A stretch of 64,000 bases of DNA, taken from NCBI GenBank assembly GCA_030141605.1, contig JAQGDQ010000355.1, positions 124,001 through 188,000 on the forward strand. The letters run 5' to 3'. Numbering within the stretch: position 1 is the first letter of the stretch; every line of letters starts with the position of its first letter. The position numbers and the translations under genes were made by a program. This DNA is from Tubiluchus corallicola (Eukaryota > Animalia > Priapulida). This document shows, in pieces, positions 42,325 to 56,361 of the stretch. The notes below the pieces were generated by a model that ran no database searches, was not told where the DNA came from, and worked only from the letters and a program-made list of their open reading frames with translations.

Positions 42325-43215
42325 CAGAAGATGACAAAGACAAAGGAGAGAAAACTCTCGCATTTCAACTCACCTGTCTGAGAATGATGCTGAGGACTAG
42401 ATTGTAGGAGCGGGTGACTAATCGGAAGATGACAAAGGCAAAGGAGAGGAAACTCGACGCATTTCAACTCACTTGTCTGAGAATGATGCTGAGGACTAGA
42501 TTGTAGGAGCGGGTGACTAATCGGAAGATGACAAAGGCAAAGGAGAGGAAACTCGACGCATTTCAACTCACTTGTCTGAGAATGATGCTGAGGATTAGAT
42601 TGTAGGAGCGGGTCTAATCAAAGACAAAGGCAGAGAGGAAACTCGACGCATTTCAACTCACCTGTCTGAGAATGATGCTGAGGATTAGATTGTAGGAGCG
42701 GGTGACTAATCGGAAGATGACAAAGACAAAGGAGAGGAAACTCTCGCATTTCAACTCACCTGTCTGAGAATGATGCTGAGGATTAGATTGTAGGAGCGGG
42801 TGACTAATCGGAAGATGACAAAGACAAAGGAGAGGAAACTCTCGCATTTCAACTCACCTGTCTGAGAATGATGCTGAGGATTAGATTGCAGGAGCGGGTG
42901 ACTAATCGGAAGATGACAAAGGCAAAGGAGAGAAAACTCGACACATTTCAACTCACCTGTCTGAGAATGATGCTGAGGATTAGTTTGTAGGACGGGCGAC
43001 TAATCGGAAGATGACAAAGGTAAAGGAGAGGAAACTCTCGCATTTCAACTCACCTGTCTGAGAATGATGCTGAGGATTAGATTGTAGGAGCGGGTGACTA
43101 ATCGGAAGATGGCAAAGGCAAAGGAGAGGAAACTCTCGCATTTCAACTCACCTGTCTGAGAATGATGCTGAGGATTAGATTGTAGGAACGGGCGACTAAT
43201 CGGAAGGTGGCAAAC
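42325..43215. repeat. 98-bp minisatellite, ~9 copies
   Basis: Unit gaagatgacaaagacaaaggagaggaaactctcgcatttcaactcacctgtctgagaatgatgctgaggattagattgtaggagcgggtgactaatcg. Confidence 0.95.
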
Positions 43216-43639
43216 GATGGTAAATGCAGGACCATCAAGAGAATTAAAGTGGGCCAGAGCAAAAGAAATTTGGGCGTCAGACCTTATGTTCAGTAATCTT
43301 TATTTCTTAATAACTGAAATTCTTATTACTTAATAACTCGTAATTTTTTATCCTGTAGCAAATTGTTAGACCTAACAAGCATAGAGCAAGTTAAAGCTTC
43401 ATATATTTTACAGTACTAATGAAGTAATGTCAAATGTAAGTGAGAATCCAACAAAAATATTGTCAACCTAATGCAGTTTTATTGTTTGCTAACTTTACCT
43501 AATGGCATCTGATTCGGATAGACACGAATGCTTGTCATGGTTACAAAAAACTTCATATTTATGGGAGCCGGGACTTCATGGGTACCCCTGGAACTTTACC
43601 GGCCACAGAGCAATGTACCGGCTGCACTATTAGGTCTGG

Positions 43640-43900
43640 GTAAGTGATGAGCTTAGGAGGAGAATGAATTGGATTGGAGATATCTGTCCTACAGAGGAGA
43701 GACGAGAATGACTGTGACGCAGCGATGGAATGGACACCGAAAAAGGGAAGATGAAGAAAACATGGAGAAAGACAGTGGAAGCAAGGAGCTGTTAGGCACA
43801 ATGAAGGAGCTGGAGTGAGGTCAAAGCAGTGGCACGGGACAGGAGGGTTTGGAGAGGGAGTGTTATGGTCTCAAGCATCTCATGATTTGGAGAGAACTAG
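43640..43900 (+). mobile_element. RTE-clade LINE 3'-end relic
   Basis: Reads SDELRRRMNWIG...NDCDAAMEWTPKKGR...WSEVKAVARDRRVWRGSV, typical of the RTE-type RT C-terminus (RRRWxWxGH...WxP.GKR..GRP...W...A.DR..WR). Confidence 0.75.
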
Positions 43901-44674
43901 ATGCTAAGTGGTGTAATAAAGGAACGAATGTTACAAAACTGAGACGTCTGCAGCAGGAGCGTATCAAGACTTTACGACACCCTTGGCTGAGAGATCTGTC
44001 CAGCCCATCTCTATTGTGAATTTACGGTTGTTTATGTAATGAGCAGATTAAACAATTACTTTTGGTGTATTAGAAACACTAATAACTTAGTGTCTACGTG
44101 GTCATTATTAATTACATGTAATTGCATAACGTTTGCATTCAAGCTAGCTGCACAATTGCTTGTTGTGCAATACCTTGCACCTGTTCGTTATGTGGCACTC
44201 ATGTAGAAACTGAGCTCAGTAACTGCCTGTGGTGTGTTATAAAATGTGCCCTTTACGTGAATATGAAAGTATACACATTTTCCGAGAAGAATAAGGATTT
44301 TTCCTAAAATGTGATGCCCTCAAACTTTGGCGCCGTAGGCTATAGCCTAGTTAGTATATTGGTTAATGCGCCCCTATAAAGTTCTACAGGAAGTTCATCT
44401 GTCTTCCTAACCACGGAGCAGAGCAACAGAACTATCTGATTAACTCTTAAAAAATCTTAATGGTAGAGTAATAATGTTTATTGAACTGATGTTTTTTTGG
44501 TTGTGCAATAATGTATTACTATGAGACACAGGCATAGGCCAAATGCAAAATTTTGTTTTGAACTGTCTTCTAATTTACCGCATTTTACTAGTCTTTCATT
44601 TTGTGGATTGCATATATCTATTATCACTAATTACACCAAAGAAGCACTTGTGATCTCTGAGCAATTGTTTTTAT

Positions 44675-45998
<1,324 letters not shown>

Positions 45999-48899
45999 TT
46001 CAGTGTTTTAACGGAAGTGTAATTGATTGAAGTCACACACCATAAGATATCAAATCCACTTTTGTCATTCATATCAATTATGTGGTGTGATGAGAAACTT
46101 CTTAGATAATTTTATCGCCTAAGTTCTATAATAATATACAACCTTCACACACGTTTAAAGAAGCATAAACGCGTGTCATCTGCGTACTATGTAATTTCTG
46201 CTTTTTTAGAAAATCTTCGTTTGCGAATATCCTCGTTTGCGTGCATAAAGAATAAGAGGCCTATTTTACGGGCTTATTCGTGTTTGTGTGGGTGGAAATA
46301 AACAGCGTTTTCTTTTCTTTTGCTGATACATTTATGTATCGTTCTCATGTCTGCCTTTCTATTATCACTCTGTGTACCATTTCTCTAGATTATCTACTTA
46401 CTCAAATACTAGAGTGAAATATCATACGTTTCTGCAACACTGAAAACGATAACAATTTAGCAATATTATTCCAATTTTTTCTACAAATTATAATTTAAAG
46501 GGAAATCGGAACCAATATTAAACTATAGCTTAAAAAATCTTGAAATATTTTTTTATATTTTGTACATTTACTATAAAATATTGAAATTGTTGTTTTTTAG
46601 TTTTCAATAAATTTCGTGAAACAATTATTGACACGGAAATAAAATTTTGTGTTCGCGCGACTACTAGCTAGTTCCTCGCTATTATATGCATTTCGTCGTT
46701 CGCTAGTTAGATGGATAGTAGCTCCCTTGCCTCGGCAACGCTTTGCACAAAAACAGGCGCTGTACCTCCCAGGTTAGGTACATATGTTCAGTTGTGACGT
46801 AGCGCACACGTTTAAGACCCTTGAATATAATGACGAATGCCGATATATGCAACGCAACAGTCAATTTGCTAATCATTTAAAAGTTACCGAAAAGCACTGA
46901 TTTACCTAAGAATTAACATTAAAAGTAATAAGATCTCAAGGAATTTTTTCGGAATAATTAGTACACGGTTTTTGGAAAAATAAAGCAATAAAAATAATAT
47001 TATAATATTCATTAATAAAAGGGTATGAACTTTGAACTGCCTTGATCGCTGGGAAATATGGTGGCCTGGTGGTATAGGGCCCCTGGTTCAAATCCTAGCT
47101 TTCAACCTTTATACAGTAATTGCATAAAATGTAATTGTATTTCACTATTACACAGTAATTGTATAAAAGCATCATAGATTTTCTCTGTAATTAACGAGTT
47201 AAGGCCATTATTCTTACCATTATTGCCTGTTAATAACTTATTGTATGCTGGAGAATGCACGAAGCACGCAAACTCAAACGACTTCCTTCAATAATTGCTT
47301 TACTTCGCAAGTGAGATTCTATGAAATGGATGACCGTGCAATGAATCACACACTTTCAAGGGCGGATACAGGTTTTAGAACAATGGTGGGCCCAACAGAA
47401 AAGAAGTTAGAGGGTCTGGGCGGCAGTGTAAGCTCCCCTGTGAGGTCCACCCGGACAACAATGCATTTTACTGCATTTCAGACCACTTTCCTGCCTTCTA
47501 GAAACCATCTCTAGGAAGCTCACTAGTTTAGAACAGGTGTCATCTCACTTTTGACTCAAAATTACATACCAATATTTTGATGCACACAATACAGCATCCA
47601 TGATGTACACAACTTTCATCTGTCTTCTTGTGATATATGATTTTTACAGATATAAGCCACCTATAGGATTCTGCAAATCGTTCTGATGCTTATAATTCAG
47701 AGAAAATATTAATTTAGTGTGTTGTAACAGTGTTTGTGCAAGGGAGGGCCCAGGCCCCTTGGACCCACCTCCTAAATCCGACTTTGCAGTGTGTAGCTTG
47801 ATACAGCGTGCTCTGCCTCGACTACTGCAGACAATTTCAAAGACTTTCTCACTCAAGTGCACCACTATACGCGACGTCTTCACAAAAACCAAACTGAATC
47901 GATTCAACTTCAACACTGCGAACAACGTTTTCTTTCCGAAAAGAAAAATTGTTAGAAAACCGACAAAGTTGATTTCGTATTCACTGCGCATTTTCGGCAT
48001 CCGCGCACATTCGTCGTCTGGAATTTACGGCCCTTATACGTGACTATTATCTCAAATTATAGTTACACATTATGACACACATGCTGCAATGCTGCAGTGA
48101 TAGCTTTGAAGGTTTTAATAATACGTAGAGCAACACATTAACGGCTAACAAAATGTCATGCGTTCTATTGATTATCGTTAATGAGAGATTCTTGTTAGCA
48201 GAAAAACTAATGCAAAGAATTACACAGAACTTCAGTCTTGAAACACAGAACAAGTCTTGAAAACCTTTCAGAAATCTAAAAACTTGTGAGAGGAAATTAC
48301 AAATATCCATTAATTTTCCACATCGCTTGTTTTGTCAAGTGGCATTAAGCGCCTATGTCTGGTGTGCACTTTTTTCTAAGCTTTCTTCGTGTACTTTTTT
48401 ATTTTTTTACTTGAAAAAGTGAATTAAAAACGAAAGATTAAGTTAATTTCTTAGCCGGCTAAAGACCAAGAGCTTAGAAAGTTAATTAACGGTAAGCGAA
48501 CACAGCTAATGCTTACGTCAGAAACTAACAACAGTTTGTGCAATAGTAGGCATCTTCCCTTGCGCATCAAGCACATTTGCATAAGTGTTACAGTACTGTT
48601 TAAACGCATGATGTCACGAAAAATGGGCTAACACAGCAGTTTATGATCATGCTTATCACAGTACCACCTTCTATTTGTCGGCCACGCGAATGTGACAAAA
48701 CTGCGCCGCTGCCAATCTTAGTAGATTCACTGAGCCGCGCGTAGCTTTGAAAGTTTAAAGAAATATGAATATCCGAGGTAATTATTATTTAATCCAAGCT
48801 TTGATATAAAAAAGCTGTGGTGCTCCTATTAGTACAAAACCAAGTTCTGCTGCCAGTTGGGATATATAAGAGCACCAAGGATAAAACAAGGCGTTCCAC

Positions 48900-49435
48900 C
48901 ATTGCACTATATTGTTTATGCTATATTGTTTATACGTGCTTTATCGAGTATTGTGACAATTCTTATATCAGAATAATGATGTTCACTGTATAAGTCTGAG
49001 GCATCCACTTCGTCTTTATTTGCTGGATCTTCTAAAATGCGTTCTTCATCTGCTTCAAGTTTCACTGCCTGTACAGCAGAAGTTCCCGCCATATTTCTAA
49101 ATGAAAGATGTCCATAAATATGAAATTTGCTCAGCATATCGTTAGAAAAATCACATTTGCAGTCTCTGTTTGGAAGTTTTCAGTTGTCAAGGTAAACATA
49201 TGGTGCTGGCAGAAGGAAAAATACTGCTATGTAAATTCCCCAAACTTTTGCCTCTATGAAGAGGGGTAATGAGTTAACCACATCAGACAGTAACTGGCAC
49301 TAGTGCTTTGTAAAAAAGCATGAATAATAATTTTCAATTAGAATGAAACTTTTTCATTGTATGCATCAATATAAAACATATGAGTAAACATTGATGGGGT
49401 AATTTTTAATCTCACCCTGGTCGGCTAAGGGTTAA
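48900..49435 (-). mobile_element. Possible piggyBac-type relic (5' end)
   Basis: TTAACCCTT terminus at 49435, followed on the minus strand by an acidic N-terminal-like reading (MAGTS...EERILEDPANKDEVDASDLYSE). Confidence 0.3.
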
Positions 49436-50204
49436 GAGATTAAAATGAAACTTTAGATTAGCTTACTACGACGCCAATACAATGGCCCCACTCTGATTTA
49501 ATGTGTCCCTGGCAATATGTCCTGAAACATATCGAAATTATTATGAAATATTCATGTATCGTTTTTGTCACATGTCAAATTTTGATAAGTACTTTTATTT
49601 TTCATGACAAAAATGATTACGAATCTCGCATTAGTTGTTTTAACACCAGGAAGTAGACAACTATCCGTAATAAATTTCCGTTATATTACGTTGTACTTCT
49701 CTGTACATGATTCTCCAAATCATTTATAAAACATTTAATTATTGTTTATTATTTAATTTGCCACTTACATTACAATCAATGCACATTAATCAGTACTAAA
49801 ATTGCAAATAATTAGTATATTATGCTATTGAAATATTCAATGTACAATATTTGTATAAACCAGCACCCAACTTGGATAATGCATTGTTCAGGTGTAGATG
49901 AAGGCTGTCAACAGACAAAGGGCTTAAACATAGGGATTCGTGAATTGGGCAGATTAAAATCACACTTCTCGGAAACTGTAAAAAAATGTTAATTGTTATT
50001 GAATTGTTCTTCAGTTTTTGTATGGACATATCAACAGCTTTTGTCGTTACTCGTGATGAGTGAGAATGATTTTGTCATGCCATTTCGCTGGGTTTACCAA
50101 ATGGCTTATGTGTCCAAGTGTATGTTTCCAAATGATCTGTGTCCATGGGAGACCATACCCAAGTTACCCATGTGCCCAAGGCTATCTGTTTTCAAATGTC
50201 TGCG

Positions 50205-50628
50205 TCTATAGTGGCAAATGTATGAGCCTATAGTGACAAATGTATGAGTCTACAGTGACAAATGTATGAGTCTATAGTGACAAATGTGTGAGTCTATAGT
50301 GACAAATGTATGAGTCTATAGCAGAAAATGTGTGAGTCTATAGTGACAAATGTATGAGTCTATAGCAGAAAATGTGTGAGTCTATAGTGACAAATGTATG
50401 AGTCTATAGTGACAAATGTGTGAGTCTATAGTGACAAATGTATGAGTCTATAGTGACAAATGTGTGAGTCTATAGTGACAAATGTGTGAGTCTATAGTGA
50501 CAAATGTGTGAGTCTATAGTGACAAATATATGAGCCTATAGTGACAAATGTGTGAGTCTATAGTGACAAATGTGTGAGTCTATAGTGACAAATATGTGAG
50601 TCTATAGTGACAAATGTATGAGTCTATA
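50205..50628. repeat. 22-bp minisatellite, ~19 copies
   Basis: Unit ctatagtgacaaatgt(a/g)tgagt. Confidence 0.95.
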
Positions 50629-51479
50629 AGCTCAATCTCTCAACTGCTTAGTGGCATATTCAGTTTTAATAATTTTGTTATCCTGTTTACTAAATAGCAT
50701 TAAATCTGTCTATTGGTCATCGGTCATCAGAATTTAGGGCTTCGTGTTAATCCGTCTCTGGTCTTGATTGCTGTAAATAATGGGAAAAATACATCAAACA
50801 AAAAGTAATTTAGTTTACGCTTGCGGTGGATGAACACGTCTTACTACAACATGTCCAACTAAAACATCAGTAAACATTTGTACTATTGGTAACAAGTTCG
50901 TCTAAACTAGTGGCAGGTATCCTACTCGAATTAGTGGTTGTGGCGATACTGGACCTTGCTCATTATTACAGTTGTACCTCCAAGATGAGCCATTGAACTA
51001 GTAGAGTGTATACATCACCCTTGCTCGAGGTAAACAGTCAGAATCAGCATGGCAAACGAAACCACCCAGAGAGAGAGAGAGAGATCGAAATGTTCACCTC
51101 ACCCATTCGTTTACTAATCAGCCTCGTCCCTTCTTAACTTCGGTTGCCAACACGACGCAGTTCACAAATCCACAAGTGAAAAACTCGTTTCCGAACAAAA
51201 GAGGTACCGAGCTACTTAATAACAATTTCCGCTCAGCAACAATAAGAACCTCTTATGAAAAGGAAAATACGTCGATAATTGAATCGACATAATATGCAGC
51301 AAAAGATGTATAGTTACTCTGTATGGGCTTCACACAAAAGGAAAAAAGCAACAACCAATAACTCGAATAGATTGTCTACCACTAGTTTAGACGAAATTGT
51401 TTCTACAGTACAAATGTTTTGCTCATGTTCCAGTTACGTATGTTCTAGTTACACATGTTCATCCAATACAAGCATAACG

Positions 51480-52743
51480 TTACCCGTAATGCGTATACAA
51501 CAGTTTGTATTTAAACATGCAAAAGTGTTTCCATGAGCACGTAATGCGCAATGTGTAATGCGTGATGCGTGATGCGTGATCCGTAATGCGTACACAACAG
51601 TTTGTAGTTAAACATGTAAAAGTGTTTCCATGTGTACGTAATGCGTGATGCGGGATCCGTAATGCGTATAAAACAGTTTGTATTTAAACATGTAAAAGTG
51701 TTTCCATGAGCACGTAATGCGTAATGTGTAATGCGTGATGCGTGATCCGTAATGCGTACACAACAGTTTGTAGTTAAACATGTAAAAGTGTTTCCATCTG
51801 TACGTAATGCGTGATGCGGGATCCGTAATGCGTATAAAACAGTTTGTATTTAAACATGTAAAAGTGTTTCCATGAGCACGTAATGCGTATGTGGAATGCG
51901 TGATGCGTGATCCGTAATGCGTACACAAAAGTTTGTAGTTAAACATTTAAAAGTGTTTCCATGTGTACGTAATGCGTAATGCGTGATCCGTAATGCGTAT
52001 ACAACAGTTTGTATTTAAACATGTAAAAGTGTTTCCATGTGTACGTAATGCGTAATACGTAATGCGTGATCCGTAACGCGTATACAACAGTTTGTATTTA
52101 AACATGTAAAAGTGTTTCCATGTGTACGTAATACGTAATGCGTAATGCGTATTCCGTAACGCGTGATGCGTAATGCGTATTCATCCGAACATGATCGCTA
52201 TTGTCCGAATACGCATCACGCAGCAATACGCAGACGGGAAACCGCCGTTGCCTAGGTGATTATAGCGAGTTTTCAAGTTTCCTGTGACCATTTTTGCAGT
52301 TTAGCTTTTTGAAAATTCCAGTTGGGTAAGTTTTGGTCACTTTAGGACCTACAAACAATAATATGTTTTCTACTTGAGTTTTTGAGAGATGGAAGAAGCA
52401 TGTAGTTACGTGTTATGCAGTTTTTTGACTAAATGATGATAGGTGCCGTATTGTTCTCTCCCCCTTCAAAATGCTGTGCAACCAAAACCTGTGCTTTCTC
52501 TTCCGTCTAATAGTACAATAATAAGCTAATGTTGCTTAAGCGTGTAATTATCACGCTTAAATTTCGACAGAGACGTGATTTCCAAAAATTAATGCCTGCA
52601 ATTTTCACGAATAGCGATCAAAAATGGCGAAAAGAGCGCTGCGAGCTTTGTTTGCACGCGCAGGGTTTGCGGACACATGGAAACAGTCGATGCGCATCAC
52701 GCATTACGGATCGCAGACCACGCACATGGAGTTCTAGCTTAAG
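51480..52743 (+). mobile_element. Non-autonomous element with expanded subterminal tandem array (copy 2 of 3845-4588)
   Basis: About 9 units of gatccgtaatgcgtatacaacagtttgtatttaaacatgtaaaagtgtttccatg, then a body homologous to 4070-4588. Confidence 0.75.
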
Positions 52744-52854
52744 ACAAATTAAAAGTTTAAAATTATCAATGCTCAACACTGATTATGGATAATATTTCCC
52801 ACTGCTAAAAAAACTCAGACTAACACTCAAGTTATCATCCAGAATCGTCTTCAC

Positions 52855-53698
52855 GTTGATTATTTCTGATTATTTGTTGATTATTTCTGATTGTTTTTTG
52901 ATTATTTCTGATTGTTTGTCGATTATTTCTGATTGTTTGTTGATTATTTCTGATCGTTTGTCGATTATTTCTGATTTATTTATTATTTCTGATTGTTTGT
53001 TGATTATTTCTGATTGTTTGTGGATTATTTCTGATTATTTGTGGATTATTTCTGATTTATTGATTATTTCTGATTGTTTGTTGATTATTTCTGACTGCTT
53101 GTTGATTATTTCTGATTGTTTGTTGATCATTTCTGATTGTTTGTTGATTATTTCTGATTGTTTGTTGATTATTTCTGATTGTTCGTTGATTATTTCTGAT
53201 TGTTTATCGATTATTTCTGATTGTTTATCGATTATTTCTGAATGTTTGTTGATTATTTCTGATTGTTTGTTGATTATTTCTGATTGTTTGGTGATTATTT
53301 CTGATTGTTTGTTGATTATTTCTGATTGTTTATTGATTATTTCTGATTGTTTGTTGATTATTTCTGATTGTTTGTTGATTATTTCTGATTGTTTATTGAT
53401 TATTTCTGATTGTTTGTTGATTATTTCTGATTGTTTGTTGATTATTTCTGACTGTTTGTGTATTATTTCTGATTGTTTGTTGATTATTTCTGATTGTTTG
53501 TTGATTATTTCTGACTGTTTGTGGATTATTTCTGATTTATTGATTATTTCTGATTGTTTGTTGATTATTTCTGATTGTTTGTTGATTATTTCTGATTGTT
53601 TATTGATTATTTCTGATTGTTTGTTGATTATTTCTGATTGTTTATTGATTATTTCGTATTGTTTATTGATTATTTCTGATTGTTTAATGATTATTTCT
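52855..53698. repeat. 21-bp minisatellite, ~40 copies
   Basis: Unit ttgattatttctgattgtttg; lies just upstream of the Piccolo-like exons. Confidence 0.95.
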
Positions 53699-53813
53699 CG
53701 TGTCGATTCGTGAAATCACAAAACTGACACAAATTGAGCGACCTTCTTTGGGTCATTTCCATATTCTAATTACCTGGCTTCCCGTTTCGTCTTCTTCTCA
53801 TCTCGTCTCTCAG

Positions 53814-53931
53814 CCTCCTGCTGATTTTCATCCCTCGTTTCAAAGACGCTGTGTGAAGTCCATGATAGATCTGTCCGAGACGTAATCTGCAACTTAGCAT
53901 CTAGAGCTGTTGCAGCTCGCTGAAACTTGAG
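53814..53931 (+). other. Candidate 5' non-coding exon of the Piccolo-like gene
   Basis: Polypyrimidine tract plus cag at 53813; donor gag|gtaatt at 53932; 65-nt intron to the acceptor at 53996. Confidence 0.4.
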
Positions 53932-54152
53932 GTAATTAATCTTTTCGGAAAATTTATTCTGGAAGGTTGATTAACTGTATCTGCGTTTCATTACAGATTC
54001 TCAGATGACAGTGTAAAGACTGCATAAAGACCTGCTCATTAAAGATGATTCATCTATGGGCGAACAGTCAAAGTCTTCATGACGTCATCAGCTAAGATGC
54101 CACGATAAGACCACCATTTTGAGAACAGTTTTTTGAAAATTAAAGTTCCAAT

Positions 54153-54457
54153 ATGGGCAATGAAGGAAGTCTTCCATCGGAAGGTTCCGTAGCATCTGAG
54201 TTGCCATCGGAACGTCATTCCTTCATCTCAGAGGTGTCCGAGACGGTTGACCGACATTCGGTCATGTCCGGTCCGCCTCCGGGAGTGTTGTCACAGTCAA
54301 GGCGGTCATCGATGAGCTCGGGACAAGGAGATCGTCGTTCTCCAGATTTGCCTCCTCAACCGGATTTGAGCCATTTGACCGAAGAGGAACGCACTCACAT
54401 TGCTATGGTTCTAGCCAAAGCCAAACAATTGCAGGAAGAGGAAGAACAACGGGTCAG
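54153..54457 (+). CDS. PCLO: Piccolo/Bassoon-like (RIM-related) presynaptic active-zone protein, first coding exon
   Basis: Starts MGNEGSL (Piccolo MGNEASL; Gly2 is a myristoylation candidate). Contains PDLSHLTEEERTHIAMVLAKAKQLQEEEEQRV, the Rab-effector helix of RIM/Piccolo/Slp proteins. Acceptor ttcattacag at 53996, donor cag|gtgagt at 54458 (phase 2). No downstream exons found in the window. Confidence 0.65.
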
Positions 54458-54744
54458 GTGAGTACATTTACATGGTTTCACAATCTACTGTTTTGAGTCA
54501 TTTGACCGAAGAGGAACGCACTCACGTTGCCATGGTTCTAGCCAAAGCCAAACAATTGCAGGAAGAGGAAGAACAACGGGTCAAGTGAGTACATTTACAT
54601 GGTTTCACAATCTACTGTTTTGAGTCATTTGACCGAAGAGGAATGCACTCACGTTGCCATGGTTCTAGCCAAAGCCAAACAATTGCAGGAAGAGGAAGAA
54701 CAACGAGTCAGCTGAGTACATTTACATGGTTTCACAATCTACTG
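54365..54744 (+). repeat. 127-bp tandem triplication of the exon 3' end plus splice donor
   Basis: Period 127 (54368, 54495, 54622). Confidence 0.95.
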
Positions 54745-55134
54745 ATAAAAACATGGTGGGGGGGGGGGGTGTTCTATTTATAAAACAGGAAGAAATCCAG
54801 ATTACAGATTTGTGAATGTTCACATTACTGGTTCGAGAAAAACGGCGTTTCTAAGTAAAAATGAGATCAAATTTTTCATATTCAAAAAATAAGTTTGGTA
54901 AATACAAGTAATTTTCAATTTCCAGATTATAATAAAATAAGTGAAAATGCCCATTAACCCATTATATCTCAAAAAATTCCTCATTTTCAATAGAAAACTT
55001 CAACAGCTGCGCAGAGAGATACAAAAATAAAAATTACAGTTATTATTTCGATAGCCTGTATTAAGATTTTCAATTATTAAAGGTTAAAAATTAACTAATC
55101 ATTTAATAAATCTTCTGTGAAACCAAGCTACGTC

Positions 55135-55510
55135 AAACTAGTCAGGAATGCGAAGCATTGGCTTACTCATTTTTTGTTTTTTCTGCCCAACTGCTTGGTT
55201 AAGTAAGCTTCTTCAAAGTGGTCAGGAATGCGAAGCATTGGCTTATTCATTTTTTGTTTTTTCTGCCCAACTGCTTGGTTAAGTAAGCTTCTTCAAAGTG
55301 GTCAGGAATGTGAAGCATTGGCTTACTCGTTTTTTGTTTTTTGCCGAACTGCCTGGTTAAGTAAGCTTCATCAAACTGGTCAGGAATGCGAAGCATTGGC
55401 TTACTCGTTTTTTGTTTTTTCTACCGAACTGCCTGGTTAAGTAATCTTCATCAAACTGGTCAGGAATGCGAAGCATTGGCTTACTCGATTTTTTGTTTTT
55501 TTTTGCCCAA
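55135..55510. repeat. ~80-bp tandem repeat, ~4.5 copies
   Basis: gtcaggaatgcgaagcattggcttactc...ggttaagtaagcttcttcaaa. Confidence 0.9.
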
Positions 55511-56361
55511 GAATGCCATCTGTTGTTTCGTGGAACTAATTTCTTCGTGAACATGTAATTTAGAATTGATTATTGATTTTTACTGCGACATTTATTATTG
55601 CTATAGAATCCGTTTTGTTGTAAAAAATGGGAGTACAATAAAATTATTGCAGCGACGCAATATAAAAACTGGCTGAAAACTCATTATATGAGCAACAGCA
55701 ATAAGAACGAGAGGCAAAAACAATCAGTTTATAGAGTTACATCACGAGTAACCGATACAAATCGCCTAAGGGAAAGTAGGATCATTTCACGTGTAACAGT
55801 TACGGTTAAACCAGCAAAAGAAGCCAAGTACACAACAAAAGTTATGCAACGAATAGTTTTAATAACTACAATGCACACTTTTTATATTTACAATATTTAA
55901 CACTTTAATATTTATACTTTTTATATGTACAAAAGCCGTTTTTTATATCAGCGTGCTTATACATTGCGGTGTCCGCTAGTTGTGGCGTGCTGTACAAATA
56001 CGAAAGCCTATTAACAATGGTATACATTACACGTACAGCCGAATTCACCATTTCTCTTCCACATTTGGCTGTAGATTGAATAAGGTTTTTGGTTGCGAGT
56101 GGACGTGGACGACTTAAAATTTGTTGGTCTGTAAAATTGAATAGAAAGCGGTTATGAGCGCTAAGGTTGCAAGTACTACATTTGTGGATGTGATGAAACA
56201 TCAGTGATGCAAGTAGTTCCACTTAGTGATTGATATGACTGTGGGAGAAGATCCACTAATCAACATGTCTGCTCTTTGTATTGTGCTGCCATTATTGCGC
56301 AGCTAATCATGATCCTCCTCATCCAAGCGGTAGAAGCTTTAGTAAATAAATTATGTGATTT

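Noticed and set aside
47060-47105. tRNA-like A/B boxes (also 58865-58935)
   Set aside because: No cloverleaf; at most decayed tRNA-derived SINE heads.
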